Part shown: positions 37,969 to 47,363 of the stretch, piece by piece
How the letters are laid out: each line of letters begins with the position of its first letter
How positions within the stretch are numbered: the first letter of the stretch is position 1
The notes under the pieces: model-generated
What the model saw: only the letters and a program-made list of their open reading frames with translations
What the model was told of the DNA's origin: nothing
Databases searched by the model: none
Position numbers and translations under genes: made by a program
Source of the DNA: Candidatus Chazhemtobacterium aquaticus
Lineage (GTDB): Bacteria; Patescibacteriota; Microgenomatia; UBA1400; Chazhemtobacteraceae
DNA: 64,000 nt
Reading direction: 5' to 3'
Assembly: GCF_009936135.1 (NCBI RefSeq)
Contig: NZ_CP047901.1
Location: forward strand, 152,984-216,983

Positions 37969-38322
37969 ATGAAGCTAAACTTCACCGCTCATGCCCAAGA
38001 CTGGGCTAGTATTGACCCAAACTGCGTTGCTGGACCCAACAACGATGTTGCCACCATCCAGGGCTTCAAATGTATCATCACTAATCTACTAGCTATCATC
38101 GCCCCCATCATCACCCTCGTCGCCATTGGCATGATCATCTTAGGCGGCGCCAAAATGATAGCAGGCGCAGATAACCCCAAAGCCGTTGACGAAGCCAAAA
38201 AAATCATCACCTTCGCCATCATTGGTGTCATTGGTATTGCTGCTGCCTGGATCATCCTCGTCCTCATTCAAGAATTTACCGGCGCTCCCGTCACCCAGTT
38301 CCAAATCATCACCAATCCTTAG
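37969..38322 (+). CDS. VirB2/TrbC-like pilin paralogue P10 (divergent, Cys-containing)
   Basis: Leader MKLNFTAHA|QDW. Two helices with the loop GGAKMIAGADNPKAVDEAKKII. Two Cys in the mature N-region. Confidence 0.5.
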   Translation: MKLNFTAHAQDWASIDPNCVAGPNNDVATIQGFKCIITNLLAIIAPIITLVAIGMIILGGAKMIAGADNPKAVDEAKKIITFAIIGVIGIAAAWIILVLIQEFTGAPVTQFQIITNP

Positions 38323-38386
38323 CCCCAAACCAGCTCTCACCCCAAGACCCATCTTCACCTCTACCCAAACCAGGCTAAAATGAATT

Positions 38387-41300
38387 ATGCGTTATCTACT
38401 CGCCACCCTCTCCACCCTACTAATCACATCTCTACTCACCAACACAGTTTTTGCCCAAGCTAACCCTGCGGGAACCGTTGGACCTGAAATAGCTGTTCCT
38501 AATGCGGGCACCACTGTCATAGCTGCCCAAAGTTACACTGGTGTTGTCTCTGTGATCAACTACATCGATATTGATGGTCCAGTCGCCTTTAACTCAGTGC
38601 CCATCAAAAATCTTAATGTTCCCACCATTTTAAGAGTCGACATTTCCGCTAACACCTCCAATGAAGACATTGTTGCCTACGCCAACAGTCTTAACAGCGT
38701 TGTCGACACTGAGTTTCCTAATGGTCTGAAAGTTGTTGTCCTAAGCGTCGAAACTAACAATCTCGACTGGTGGTACGGCAGCCCTGGCCAGTCCAATGAT
38801 GAAGCCTCCATCCGCCAAGGCGCGCGAGAATATGCCGAAAAATTCATCCTCTTTGCCCAAACTATTCGGCAAGACCTTCCCCTAGCCCCAGCTCCACCAG
38901 ATCTTTTCAATGGCGTCTTTAACGCCGATCCCTGGATGGACGAATTTACTCGTTCAGGCACATGTCCTTATGTGGATTACAATGTCTCCGATATTTTTGA
39001 GCTAACTCCCACTGTTGGTGGCGGAGCCTATGCTTGGAACACTGTCCACCTCTATCAACAAGAAAAAATGTGTGGCAAGGATGTCATCCATTTTGAAGGC
39101 TGGGGTATTAATCCCAACAACCCTCCGCCAACCGTTAAACAACAAGTTGATTGGTTTCAAAACACTCCTCTCCCTCCTGGCATTGAAACCGCCACCACTC
39201 TCATTCTTCCTCACTGTCCTCCAGAATATGACGCTAGTCTTGACCAAACCGTCAACGGCTTCATAGATTGGTGGTACTACATCAACGGCCGGGTCTTTAC
39301 CTCCGATGGACTTGAAATTGATCCCGAAAGCTGTACCGAAAGAGAAAAACCTGATTGTTACTACGACGGCAATCTCACCCGACCTGGTGGTACCTGCAAA
39401 TCCAGAGTTCCCTACGTCCATAGTGCTCTTGAACAATACGCACCTCAATGTACTCTCACGCCTCAAGGATCACTCTCCCGAACTTCTTGTGGCATTCCAC
39501 CCACCATCACCAATTTGCCCAATGACCCCCAGGAGTACATGGATGTACGACTCCTTGTTAACTACTCACAACTCCAACTTGGTGGTTTAGGACCAGACCA
39601 CACCGCCTGGCGATCTATACCTATCGACAACCTAGCTCGCGGCTACCCTTACAACGCCCTTGCCGATAAACCACTTTCTGTTACAGAAGATACTCCCAAA
39701 GAAGCCTTTCGTACCTGGTGGCGCCTATTAAGCCTCCGTCAACAAATTGAGGCCAAAGCTGAATTCTTCCAACGCTTCCGTATTCAAGACCCTCCCATTT
39801 TTGACTCCGAGTTTGCCTATTCTCAAGGTGGCAGCACTCAGACCTACACCATCAGTGAACTAGAGAACATTCTTCCCGACTGTCTTCGCCTTTTTCCAGT
39901 TCCCAATCGCTGTGGCATAACCGCTGATTCTCTTACCCCTGAACAAACCTACTACAGGCTCCCTGAAACTACTCGTGCCATGTACGACGCCTTTCTCCCT
40001 TTCGACTTCGACAACGTGCGCGGATATCTTGCTCTTCAATACAAAGACCCTACCGATTTCCTATCAGGAGAAAACCGCAATCGAGCCGGGGTCATCGCCG
40101 ACAATCTCCCATATATTCAAGCCCTAGTCGATATCTTAAGCAATAAAGTTAGTGGCATCTTAACCGCCCTAAGCCCTCAATGGCTAAACACCCTAAGAAC
40201 CGACACTCTACCTACCTCAAAAGATTACACCATCGAATACGAAGAAAGTGGCGAAATCAACCTCACCCCCGAATCCCAACAATCCTTCACTCACATGGCA
40301 GCCGCTGCTCGCACTAACTCAGAATATGGAGCAGACTGGGCTTCAGATCTAGCTACCACCTGTTACAATCCCGAAAATCAAGACCCAACTCTTTCTTCAC
40401 CCCTCACCTACCCTCAAAAGCTTGAGGCGCAAGACCCATATCTTCCTCTTCCTGGATCAGAATATACCGACGTTCTTGATCAATCAGTTCTTATCCCCAC
40501 CGAGACTTCAATTTACTATGGCACTCCCACCACCTCTGGATCAGATATCACTTGTACCTACGAAACTGGCAATACTTGCTCTTACGACATCAACACCGGC
40601 TCTTGTCCTCCTCTTTACATCACCAATACCACAGGTGGCATTCCTGGACAAAGAGACCCGGACCTTCCGGTTCGTTCTCAAGTCGGTCGTTCCATCATCA
40701 CCTTTGCCAACCCCCTTATGACAGACATTAGTCGCCTCATCTCCGAACCGTATCTTGGTATGCCTGACACCAGTGGTACATACAACTGGGCCTCCCATAT
40801 GAACCTCTCTCTCTACCATCAAATGCTCACTCGCGACTTTACCCCCCAACCCCAACCTTTTACCGAAATGTTTTCCGAATACACAGAAGATCCCATGTAT
40901 GCCAAACAAGCTCAGTATCAAGCTAGTAAAGACAATGACTCAGCTGTCACCCTCTCTGCCCAAGCCGGTGGAACTGGTGACCAAACAGGACTAGTCGCAC
41001 GCAAAGGTGGCCAACTTGAAATTGATCTCTGCAAACTTCGAAACTTCTGGCTCCGTCCCGATTCTCTCCAAATTGGTGACCCTGAAGATTGCCAACAACT
41101 TGATCAATACATCTCCACACCAAACCAACCCTATGAACTCACCACTCCTGGATCAACCGACTCAGCCTGTCAGGTCAAACAATATCTTTTCGAAAACATC
41201 TGTCCTGGCGGATCATGCTCTTCATACGTCGTCGACACAGCCCTCTCCACCTCTTGTTCTGGTAAAGTTATAAATCCTTACTTCGCCATCACTGTTGCTC

Positions 41301-41737
41301 TCAACGAAAACGGAGGGCTAACCAGCATTCACAGCGACGGCACCAATGTTAAACACTTCGGATGTGCTCCTTTTGATATCGGTGCCACAATGTACGGACA
41401 TGACATTCCCTCCAAAACTTCCTGTTTTACTGACACCATATCCAACGACTGTCGAGACAATAAAACTGACCTAGAAACCCTTCAAGAATATGGTTACTCC
41501 GCCTCCTATCTTCGCACCTTAAACAACATCCTGAGAGTCTTAGGTGCATGCTCCGCAGACCAAGTCAATCAACAACAGCTTTGCGTTCCCATCTGGGTTA
41601 GTCCTTCCCAGGCCCAATCCATCTCCAACAGTCTTCTACCCATTCTCACCTCTCAACGTAGTCTCTGGTTCCGCTACTACCAGGGGTATCTTGAAGCCAT
41701 GGCCACCGACAATCAGTGTTCACTCTACCAACCATAG
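38387..41737 (+). CDS. large (1116 aa) secreted protein of unknown function, candidate pilus- or T4SS-associated surface/adhesin component
   Basis: Sec signal peptide MRYLLATLSTLLITSLLTNTVFA|QA. No TM or sorting motif after it. Many Cys, Trp and Tyr. Co-oriented and tightly spaced with P10 upstream and the VirB6-like gene downstream. Confidence 0.5.
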   Translation: MRYLLATLSTLLITSLLTNTVFAQANPAGTVGPEIAVPNAGTTVIAAQSYTGVVSVINYIDIDGPVAFNSVPIKNLNVPTILRVDISANTSNEDIVAYANSLNSVVDTEFPNGLKVVVLSVETNNLDWWYGSPGQSNDEASIRQGAREYAEKFILFAQTIRQDLPLAPAPPDLFNGVFNADPWMDEFTRSGTCPYVDYNVSDIFELTPTVGGGAYAWNTVHLYQQEKMCGKDVIHFEGWGINPNNPPPTVKQQVDWFQNTPLPPGIETATTLILPHCPPEYDASLDQTVNGFIDWWYYINGRVFTSDGLEIDPESCTEREKPDCYYDGNLTRPGGTCKSRVPYVHSALEQYAPQCTLTPQGSLSRTSCGIPPTITNLPNDPQEYMDVRLLVNYSQLQLGGLGPDHTAWRSIPIDNLARGYPYNALADKPLSVTEDTPKEAFRTWWRLLSLRQQIEAKAEFFQRFRIQDPPIFDSEFAYSQGGSTQTYTISELENILPDCLRLFPVPNRCGITADSLTPEQTYYRLPETTRAMYDAFLPFDFDNVRGYLALQYKDPTDFLSGENRNRAGVIADNLPYIQALVDILSNKVSGILTALSPQWLNTLRTDTLPTSKDYTIEYEESGEINLTPESQQSFTHMAAAARTNSEYGADWASDLATTCYNPENQDPTLSSPLTYPQKLEAQDPYLPLPGSEYTDVLDQSVLIPTETSIYYGTPTTSGSDITCTYETGNTCSYDINTGSCPPLYITNTTGGIPGQRDPDLPVRSQVGRSIITFANPLMTDISRLISEPYLGMPDTSGTYNWASHMNLSLYHQMLTRDFTPQPQPFTEMFSEYTEDPMYAKQAQYQASKDNDSAVTLSAQAGGTGDQTGLVARKGGQLEIDLCKLRNFWLRPDSLQIGDPEDCQQLDQYISTPNQPYELTTPGSTDSACQVKQYLFENICPGGSCSSYVVDTALSTSCSGKVINPYFAITVALNENGGLTSIHSDGTNVKHFGCAPFDIGATMYGHDIPSKTSCFTDTISNDCRDNKTDLETLQEYGYSASYLRTLNNILRVLGACSADQVNQQQLCVPIWVSPSQAQSISNSLLPILTSQRSLWFRYYQGYLEAMATDNQCSLYQP

Positions 41738-41773
41738 CTTTTTCTTCTCATTATCTTGTTATAATCAACCCAG

Positions 41774-43564
41774 ATGCTCAAGAAAATCCTTCTCACTTTC
41801 ACCACTCTCTGCCTGTTTTTTACCTTATCCATTCCCGCTCATGCTCAAACAGACACTAAAGACATCTTAAGAGATTTCTGCGACAGTCGCCAAGGCAATG
41901 TTATCAATCTAGAAACCTGGTATGCCGGCAGATGCGATCCTGAGAGTGAAACATCAACTTTCATGGGTCAAAACCGCGGCTTTGGAGATATTGTCATCCT
42001 CCATCTCTATGAACTGATAAATGGCGAGCAAAACAAGGCAGATGAGGATATGATCAAAGACTTCTTCGAGTCCCTTGTTGACACCATTTCTCAAAACAAC
42101 GGCTTTAATTATCTCACCTACATTCAAGAAAATAATGCCACATTCAAAAACACATCATCGAACTCAGGTATGATATCCCAAATTAGTGGTGGCATTTCCT
42201 ACTTAATCTCAACCCCTCCGGCGAGTACCCAACAATATATCGCCTACATCAATAACAACCTCCAAAGACATAGCCTAACCCAACCAGCATACGCTCAAAA
42301 CGCCACTGGAGAAGGTGGTGGATATGGCTTTGCCCGTCTTGAAGGTTTTCTACCTCTCTGGAAAGCTTTCCGCAACATAGCCTACTTCTTCTTCATTCTC
42401 GCATTCGTCATCTACGGCTTCATGATCATGTTCCGTGTCAAAATTAACCCTCAAACAGCTGCCAATATTCAACTAGCTCTTCCTAAACTAATAGTCACCC
42501 TCATCCTCATCACCTTTTCCTATGCCATAGTCGGTCTACTTATCGACTTTATGTGGGTTGGTTACTATCTTATACTCAACACCTTAGACAGCTTTGGAGT
42601 CTTTGGAGAATCCAAAGGAGTACTTGGGTTCGTCAATGATATATTCCGCGGCCTCGCCTCAGGAGGAGGCGGACTAATCCTCACCTCAATTTTCCAAACA
42701 ATTTTAGCTGTTTACGCCGGCGTGCCTGGAACCTTAGGAGCCCTCACCGGAATATCTGGAAACATATTTACCATTATTATGGCACTCACTACTTTTACCG
42801 GCATAGGGCTAATTCTCATCCTTATCATACTCATTGCCGTCATTATCGCCCTCATTAAGCTATTTGTTAAACTTGTCACTGCTTACGTCACCATCTTTAT
42901 CAACCTAGTTCTTTCTCCCCTCATACTTCTTAGCGGTATTTTTCCCGGCAAGAATGACGTTTTTAGTACTTGGATTACCAACCTTGTTGCTAACATTATT
43001 GTCTTCCCTGTCGCCTCCATCCTTCTTCTTTTCTCCGGATATTTTATGACCCAACCAGTCGCCTCCTTAATCCAGGATACATTAAATGGTTTAGCAAACA
43101 TAATCCCCGGAATAGACGGGAATGTCTCACTGTCCCTAATAGAAAACACCCAAAGAATTCCTAACGTCCCCCTCCTATCACCTCAAACTGAGTGGCTTAG
43201 TAATTTTCCTATAATAGGAAGCGCGGTTGCCGCTGGAGCGTCCGAGTGGTATGCCCTGATAGGCCTCGCTCTTCTCCTCATGTCACCTAAGTTCGTAGAT
43301 ATGGTCATGGATGCCTTCAAAGTCAAACCATTCCCCTACGGTTCTGCTGCCATAGAATCTTTAACCGCAGGCTACAAAGCTGAGGCGGGCTTAATTGGTA
43401 AAGCTACTGAAGAAGGAGGGGTGTTAGCGAGAAGATTGCCTAGGTTTAGCAGTAAACTTAGAGGTAGGCAGGAGCAAATCGACACAAGCGTCAACATCCT
43501 CTCAGGAGGAAAAGTCAAACCAGCCGGCACTGAAGGAGATCAAACTCCAGTTAGTAGGTCATAA
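41774..43564 (+). CDS. VirB6/TrbL-like polytopic inner-membrane T4SS component with N-terminal signal peptide and ~190-aa extracytoplasmic domain
   Basis: Signal peptide MLKKILLTFTTLCLFFTLSIPAHA|QTD, followed by at least 6-7 hydrophobic helices (e.g. IAYFFFILAFVIYGFMIMF, LIVTLILITFSYAIVGLLIDFMWVGYYLIL, GIGLILILIILIAVIIALIKLFV...). Confidence 0.5.
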   Translation: MLKKILLTFTTLCLFFTLSIPAHAQTDTKDILRDFCDSRQGNVINLETWYAGRCDPESETSTFMGQNRGFGDIVILHLYELINGEQNKADEDMIKDFFESLVDTISQNNGFNYLTYIQENNATFKNTSSNSGMISQISGGISYLISTPPASTQQYIAYINNNLQRHSLTQPAYAQNATGEGGGYGFARLEGFLPLWKAFRNIAYFFFILAFVIYGFMIMFRVKINPQTAANIQLALPKLIVTLILITFSYAIVGLLIDFMWVGYYLILNTLDSFGVFGESKGVLGFVNDIFRGLASGGGGLILTSIFQTILAVYAGVPGTLGALTGISGNIFTIIMALTTFTGIGLILILIILIAVIIALIKLFVKLVTAYVTIFINLVLSPLILLSGIFPGKNDVFSTWITNLVANIIVFPVASILLLFSGYFMTQPVASLIQDTLNGLANIIPGIDGNVSLSLIENTQRIPNVPLLSPQTEWLSNFPIIGSAVAAGASEWYALIGLALLLMSPKFVDMVMDAFKVKPFPYGSAAIESLTAGYKAEAGLIGKATEEGGVLARRLPRFSSKLRGRQEQIDTSVNILSGGKVKPAGTEGDQTPVSRS

Positions 43565-43618
43565 AACCCCAATACAACTTACTCAACCCGTCATGGTGTA
43601 CAAACTAATCACCACCAA

Positions 43619-46147
43619 CTACCTGCCAGCTGAAGGAACCGCTCTCGAATCAAATTTCCTTTGTCGCTCAAGCTTAGCCTTCTTTCTATCACCCTCATTC
43701 CTACTCGACCCAAAAACCAAAACGGTCTTCCCCCAAACCAATTCTGCGTACCTCCGAAAGTCGCTCATTACTCTCACACTTCGTTCATAAGCCTCCATGT
43801 CCTCCTCGTATTGTTCATTGGACGCATACTCTTCAGGCACTGGTTTCTTACTCAAAGCAAAAAAACCCGAATCAAGCGCTCTGTGAAAAGCCATTCTTAC
43901 GTTACCTGGGTCATTAAACTGATTAGCCTTTTGGTTATACGGACTGTAATACCATAACAAGGATTTTGCATACAACAACTTCACCAAATCAGCCTCTTCA
44001 GGCGTCAACACACCCTGCGCTTTAAGTGCTTCAATTTTAATTTTCCATCCAACCCACATACCTTCAGTAGTTAACTCTTGTTGCTTAACCTCGGGAATCT
44101 TGATCACCATCTCCCATACCCCCTTAGAAGCAACTGCCGCAGTCACCATGTTCTCGTATGGCGATCTATCCATTTCGGACAAGGCTAATCTAGATATCAA
44201 TCTGCCCTCACGGATTAAATTCCATCCATTTTGCCCTGACACAGTCATCAACTCAAACCCATCCTTCATTAACCTAGGAATGTCTCCCCCACCTCTTTCA
44301 TACTTCTCTCCTTCTGCTCCACTCAAGAATCTATCAAGCGCTCCCCAAAACCGACCTGGCCCTGACTCTCTCTCACTCTTCAAAAACTCACCTACCGGTA
44401 ATATACCCTTCTCTAAAAACTTCTGTCTAAAATTTACCGCATTATATAGAGGATGGCCAGGCCACAATCCTGCCTCCGCCTCATGGCTTTGCCAAAAATC
44501 CCAAGCGAGATCCAAAGCGTCGCGAACTCCTGGGCTACCTCCACCAAAGGCTTGAATCATTCTACGCCTCACCTCATTTCTGCTCGCATCAGTCAGCTCC
44601 CCACCTGGAGCATACCCCCCCCTCTCCACCTCAGTATACAACCACTGCAATGCCCTATCCATTAACGCCACTGAAAATCCTCCAGCCTCTTGCATCCTAC
44701 CCAAAACCACATAATCGGGCACCCTCAAACCCACCTGATCCCACTCTGGTTTTTTCATCAACTCCTGCCAATTCTCCACCCATGTCGAGTAATCCCCACC
44801 TTTTCTCGCCACCATGCCATTATGCAGCCTTACTCGCATCCCAATCTCCGCTTCCAACACCTCTCTGTACGCCCCCATCACCTCGGGAACACGATATCTA
44901 GCAAAACCTAAATCAATTACCCCAATTCCTGACATCAGCTCACTTGGGTCTACAAAATCCATTGAGTTAGACAATCTCTGTCTTACCAACCTTCTAACCT
45001 CAACAAACAATTCCTCACGCGATGCAGGCAACTCAACCACACCAGAGTCACTCTCCACTGAACCACTATCTCTGCCAACCGCACTTCTGGCTCTAACCTC
45101 ATCTCTTCTTCCAACATACTCCTCATATCTCCCTGATCTTCTTATCTCTCTCATCACATTCCTTCTCACACTTCGATTCATATATCCTCTATCCCTATAC
45201 TCAGCCATCCAGTCAATCAACAGACCAACGTCACCATCTTCAGCCAATGCATCCATCGCCGCATAATACTCTCCCTCAAAGTTCTGGATGTCTCTCATAA
45301 TCTCAGGATTATCTCTCACATCCTTTCTTATCTCCGAACAACTACCACACCTTAACCCTCCGTCGTTATGACCTCCACAGCTATCGCAATCAAACGGCGT
45401 TCCCCAATAAGGCTCCTCCATTGGCTCTTCATCATCATCTTCTTTTCTCTCTCCATTACCACCATCAGGGGGTGGAGGCACCCCATCCCCTCTACCACCT
45501 TCCCCATTATTCCTTCTGTTGCCACCCCCTCGTCCACCTCCTTCAGTTTCACCTCCACCTCCACCACCCCCACTATCTCCACTCACCGGATCTAATGACT
45601 GGTTAGGCACAGCAATATTCATTCTAGCTTGCGCAATTTCCTCGTCGGTCATTGGCCTATGTCCTTCTTCACCGTCATCACTACCAGTGTTATCGCTTTC
45701 ACTCTCATTCACACTCTCACTTCGAGGGGGAGTCCACTCCTCCCAACTCTCAGGTACGCTCGCTTTTATCCTCTCCTTTACATCTCCTCTAACTGGAAAA
45801 CCATTCTTGTTAATATTCTCCATCTCTCTCACGAATCCTGCATGCACCTGCGCTCGTAACACCTGTCGTTCCTCAATTTCTTCTGGCGTTGGACCTATTC
45901 TCTGCTCCAATACCCCCAATCTCACCACTCCCTCTCTTTTGCCCAAACCAATCATTGTCCTTAGCTCCATATCACTCGCTTTTCTATCCGGATTAATCAC
46001 ATTGACCGTCTGACCACCCCTCTCCTCAGTCACAAACATACCTTTCAACTCATCCCTCAAAGCATCTCCGGAGTTTTCCAAAACCTGAACCACAGTTTCC
46101 TGTCTTCGTCTTTCTCGTTCCATATCTGACTGAGCCTTCTCACTCAT
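43619..46147 (-). CDS. hypothetical 842-aa protein with Gly-rich low-complexity segment and Cys4 zinc-ribbon-like motif
   Basis: Minus-strand ORF inside the + strand locus. Contains GGGGGGGETEGGGRGGGNRRNNGEGGRGDG and CDSCGGHNDGGLRCGSC. No recognised family. Far longer than the low-complexity + strand ORFs overlapping it. Confidence 0.4.
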   Translation of the reverse strand: MSEKAQSDMERERRRQETVVQVLENSGDALRDELKGMFVTEERGGQTVNVINPDRKASDMELRTMIGLGKREGVVRLGVLEQRIGPTPEEIEERQVLRAQVHAGFVREMENINKNGFPVRGDVKERIKASVPESWEEWTPPRSESVNESESDNTGSDDGEEGHRPMTDEEIAQARMNIAVPNQSLDPVSGDSGGGGGGGETEGGGRGGGNRRNNGEGGRGDGVPPPPDGGNGERKEDDDEEPMEEPYWGTPFDCDSCGGHNDGGLRCGSCSEIRKDVRDNPEIMRDIQNFEGEYYAAMDALAEDGDVGLLIDWMAEYRDRGYMNRSVRRNVMREIRRSGRYEEYVGRRDEVRARSAVGRDSGSVESDSGVVELPASREELFVEVRRLVRQRLSNSMDFVDPSELMSGIGVIDLGFARYRVPEVMGAYREVLEAEIGMRVRLHNGMVARKGGDYSTWVENWQELMKKPEWDQVGLRVPDYVVLGRMQEAGGFSVALMDRALQWLYTEVERGGYAPGGELTDASRNEVRRRMIQAFGGGSPGVRDALDLAWDFWQSHEAEAGLWPGHPLYNAVNFRQKFLEKGILPVGEFLKSERESGPGRFWGALDRFLSGAEGEKYERGGGDIPRLMKDGFELMTVSGQNGWNLIREGRLISRLALSEMDRSPYENMVTAAVASKGVWEMVIKIPEVKQQELTTEGMWVGWKIKIEALKAQGVLTPEEADLVKLLYAKSLLWYYSPYNQKANQFNDPGNVRMAFHRALDSGFFALSKKPVPEEYASNEQYEEDMEAYERSVRVMSDFRRYAELVWGKTVLVFGSSRNEGDRKKAKLERQRKFDSRAVPSAGR

Positions 46148-46207
46148 CTGGGCAGTAAAAATAACCTATAACTACCTCTAGATTTTAACATACTTACCCT
46201 CAAACAA

Positions 46208-47330
46208 CACCTGGGTGTACAGGTTACACACATATTGGACTTTTCGGGGTTTGGTAATTGATATTGTAACCGATGACTTGTGAAGGGGTTTGATCAGCTA
46301 AAGATTCATGGATTCGGTCGTGGTGATAGAAGGTAAGATACTCTTTGATTCGCTGGTTGATGAGTTTAAGATCTAGCATTTCATCCTGATATTGATCAAG
46401 GCAATCTTCCTGGATCGTTCGGTTGAATCTCTCAACTACTCCGTTGATCTTAGGAGAGTGAGGATAGGTCCAGCAATGCTTAATCTTTTGTTGCTGGCAG
46501 TATTGATCAAAGACTCCTTCAAACTCACTACCATTGTCTGTTTGGACGGTGTGAATTGATACCGGTAGGACACTGGCAATGGTCTTTAATACCTCAAGAG
46601 CGTTCCTGGCATGTTTGGTAGTAAAGGTTTGAGCGTAGACAACCTTTAACTTAACATCAATAGCAGTAATGGTGTAACGCCTAATCCCATCAATAATGGT
46701 TTCAATGGTGTCTAACTCTACATATCCTCCAGTTTCTGGTTTAGGAGCCTTGTTTACTCTCGTTTTCTGTTTCTTTTGAGGCTGCTTTCTCCCCGGATCA
46801 TGGTAACCAAAGGTGGGTTGATCGTAGAAGAGACGATTCCGTTTGATGATCTTGCCAATGGTAGATTCCTTAGGAGCAACAAGACCTAAACTATCGGTAT
46901 ATCGTTTAACAAGAGGGTAGAGTTTGTGTTTACCCAAGCGGTAATGGGTTTTTCTTAACCTACAGATTTCCGCTAGAACCAGAGGATGGGTGTTCATCTG
47001 GCGAAACACTTTAGGGCGAGTAGTCTTGGGAATTAAGGAGGACAATTTACCTCTACTTTCCTTTAACGTTTTCTGCCAAAGAAACAAAGTGCTTCTTTTA
47101 ACCGGAAAAGCAGACAAAGTGGCAGCCAAACCAAACCGATGGTAGTGGGTGATGACTCGCAAGCGATATCGGGCAGTTTCAGAATCAGCAAAGGCTGAAG
47201 TGGAAACAACTTTTTTCATCCAGACATTGTAGCCAGGACGTCTGGGGAGAATGGTTCTAAGTCTGTCTGTTTCGTGACTCATATGGACTTTCCCTAGTCC
47301 AATATGTGTCGTAACTTATGCACTGGGCTA
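46208..47330 (-). mobile_element. IS481-family insertion sequence (IS3 superfamily) with imperfect terminal inverted repeats
   Basis: A single 352-aa transposase ORF at 46224..47282 is flanked by GTTACACACATATTGGAC (46223..46240) and its inverted copy GTCCAATATGTGTCGTAAC (47298..47316). The + strand here is G-rich, opposite to the rest of the window. Confidence 0.6.
46224..47282 (-). CDS. IS481-family DDE transposase (HTH plus rve integrase core)
   Basis: rve core ...TVQTDNGSEFEG...HSPKINGVVERFNRTIQEDCL... (D, D, 35-E spacing). N-terminal HTH. Single uninterrupted ORF of ~350 aa, as expected for IS481. Confidence 0.65.
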   Translation of the reverse strand: MSHETDRLRTILPRRPGYNVWMKKVVSTSAFADSETARYRLRVITHYHRFGLAATLSAFPVKRSTLFLWQKTLKESRGKLSSLIPKTTRPKVFRQMNTHPLVLAEICRLRKTHYRLGKHKLYPLVKRYTDSLGLVAPKESTIGKIIKRNRLFYDQPTFGYHDPGRKQPQKKQKTRVNKAPKPETGGYVELDTIETIIDGIRRYTITAIDVKLKVVYAQTFTTKHARNALEVLKTIASVLPVSIHTVQTDNGSEFEGVFDQYCQQQKIKHCWTYPHSPKINGVVERFNRTIQEDCLDQYQDEMLDLKLINQRIKEYLTFYHHDRIHESLADQTPSQVIGYNINYQTPKSPICV

Positions 47331-47363
47331 TACTAGTTTCATTACCAACCAAGCTTAAGGCAT

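Noticed and set aside
34147-38358. Antisense ORFs within the pilin array (34147..34350, 34224..34517, 34420..34635, 34717..35088, 35714..35935, 36901..37176, 37989..38267, 38140..38358, all minus)
   Set aside because: The sense strand encodes a coherent ten-member paralogous family. The antisense frames are compositional by-products.
43661-46013. Multiple + strand ORFs (e.g. 44100..44555, 44814..45266, 45519..46013) inside the 842-aa minus-strand gene
   Set aside because: These are Pro/Ser/Thr low-complexity translations of the C-rich strand, each much shorter than the uninterrupted 842-codon antisense frame.
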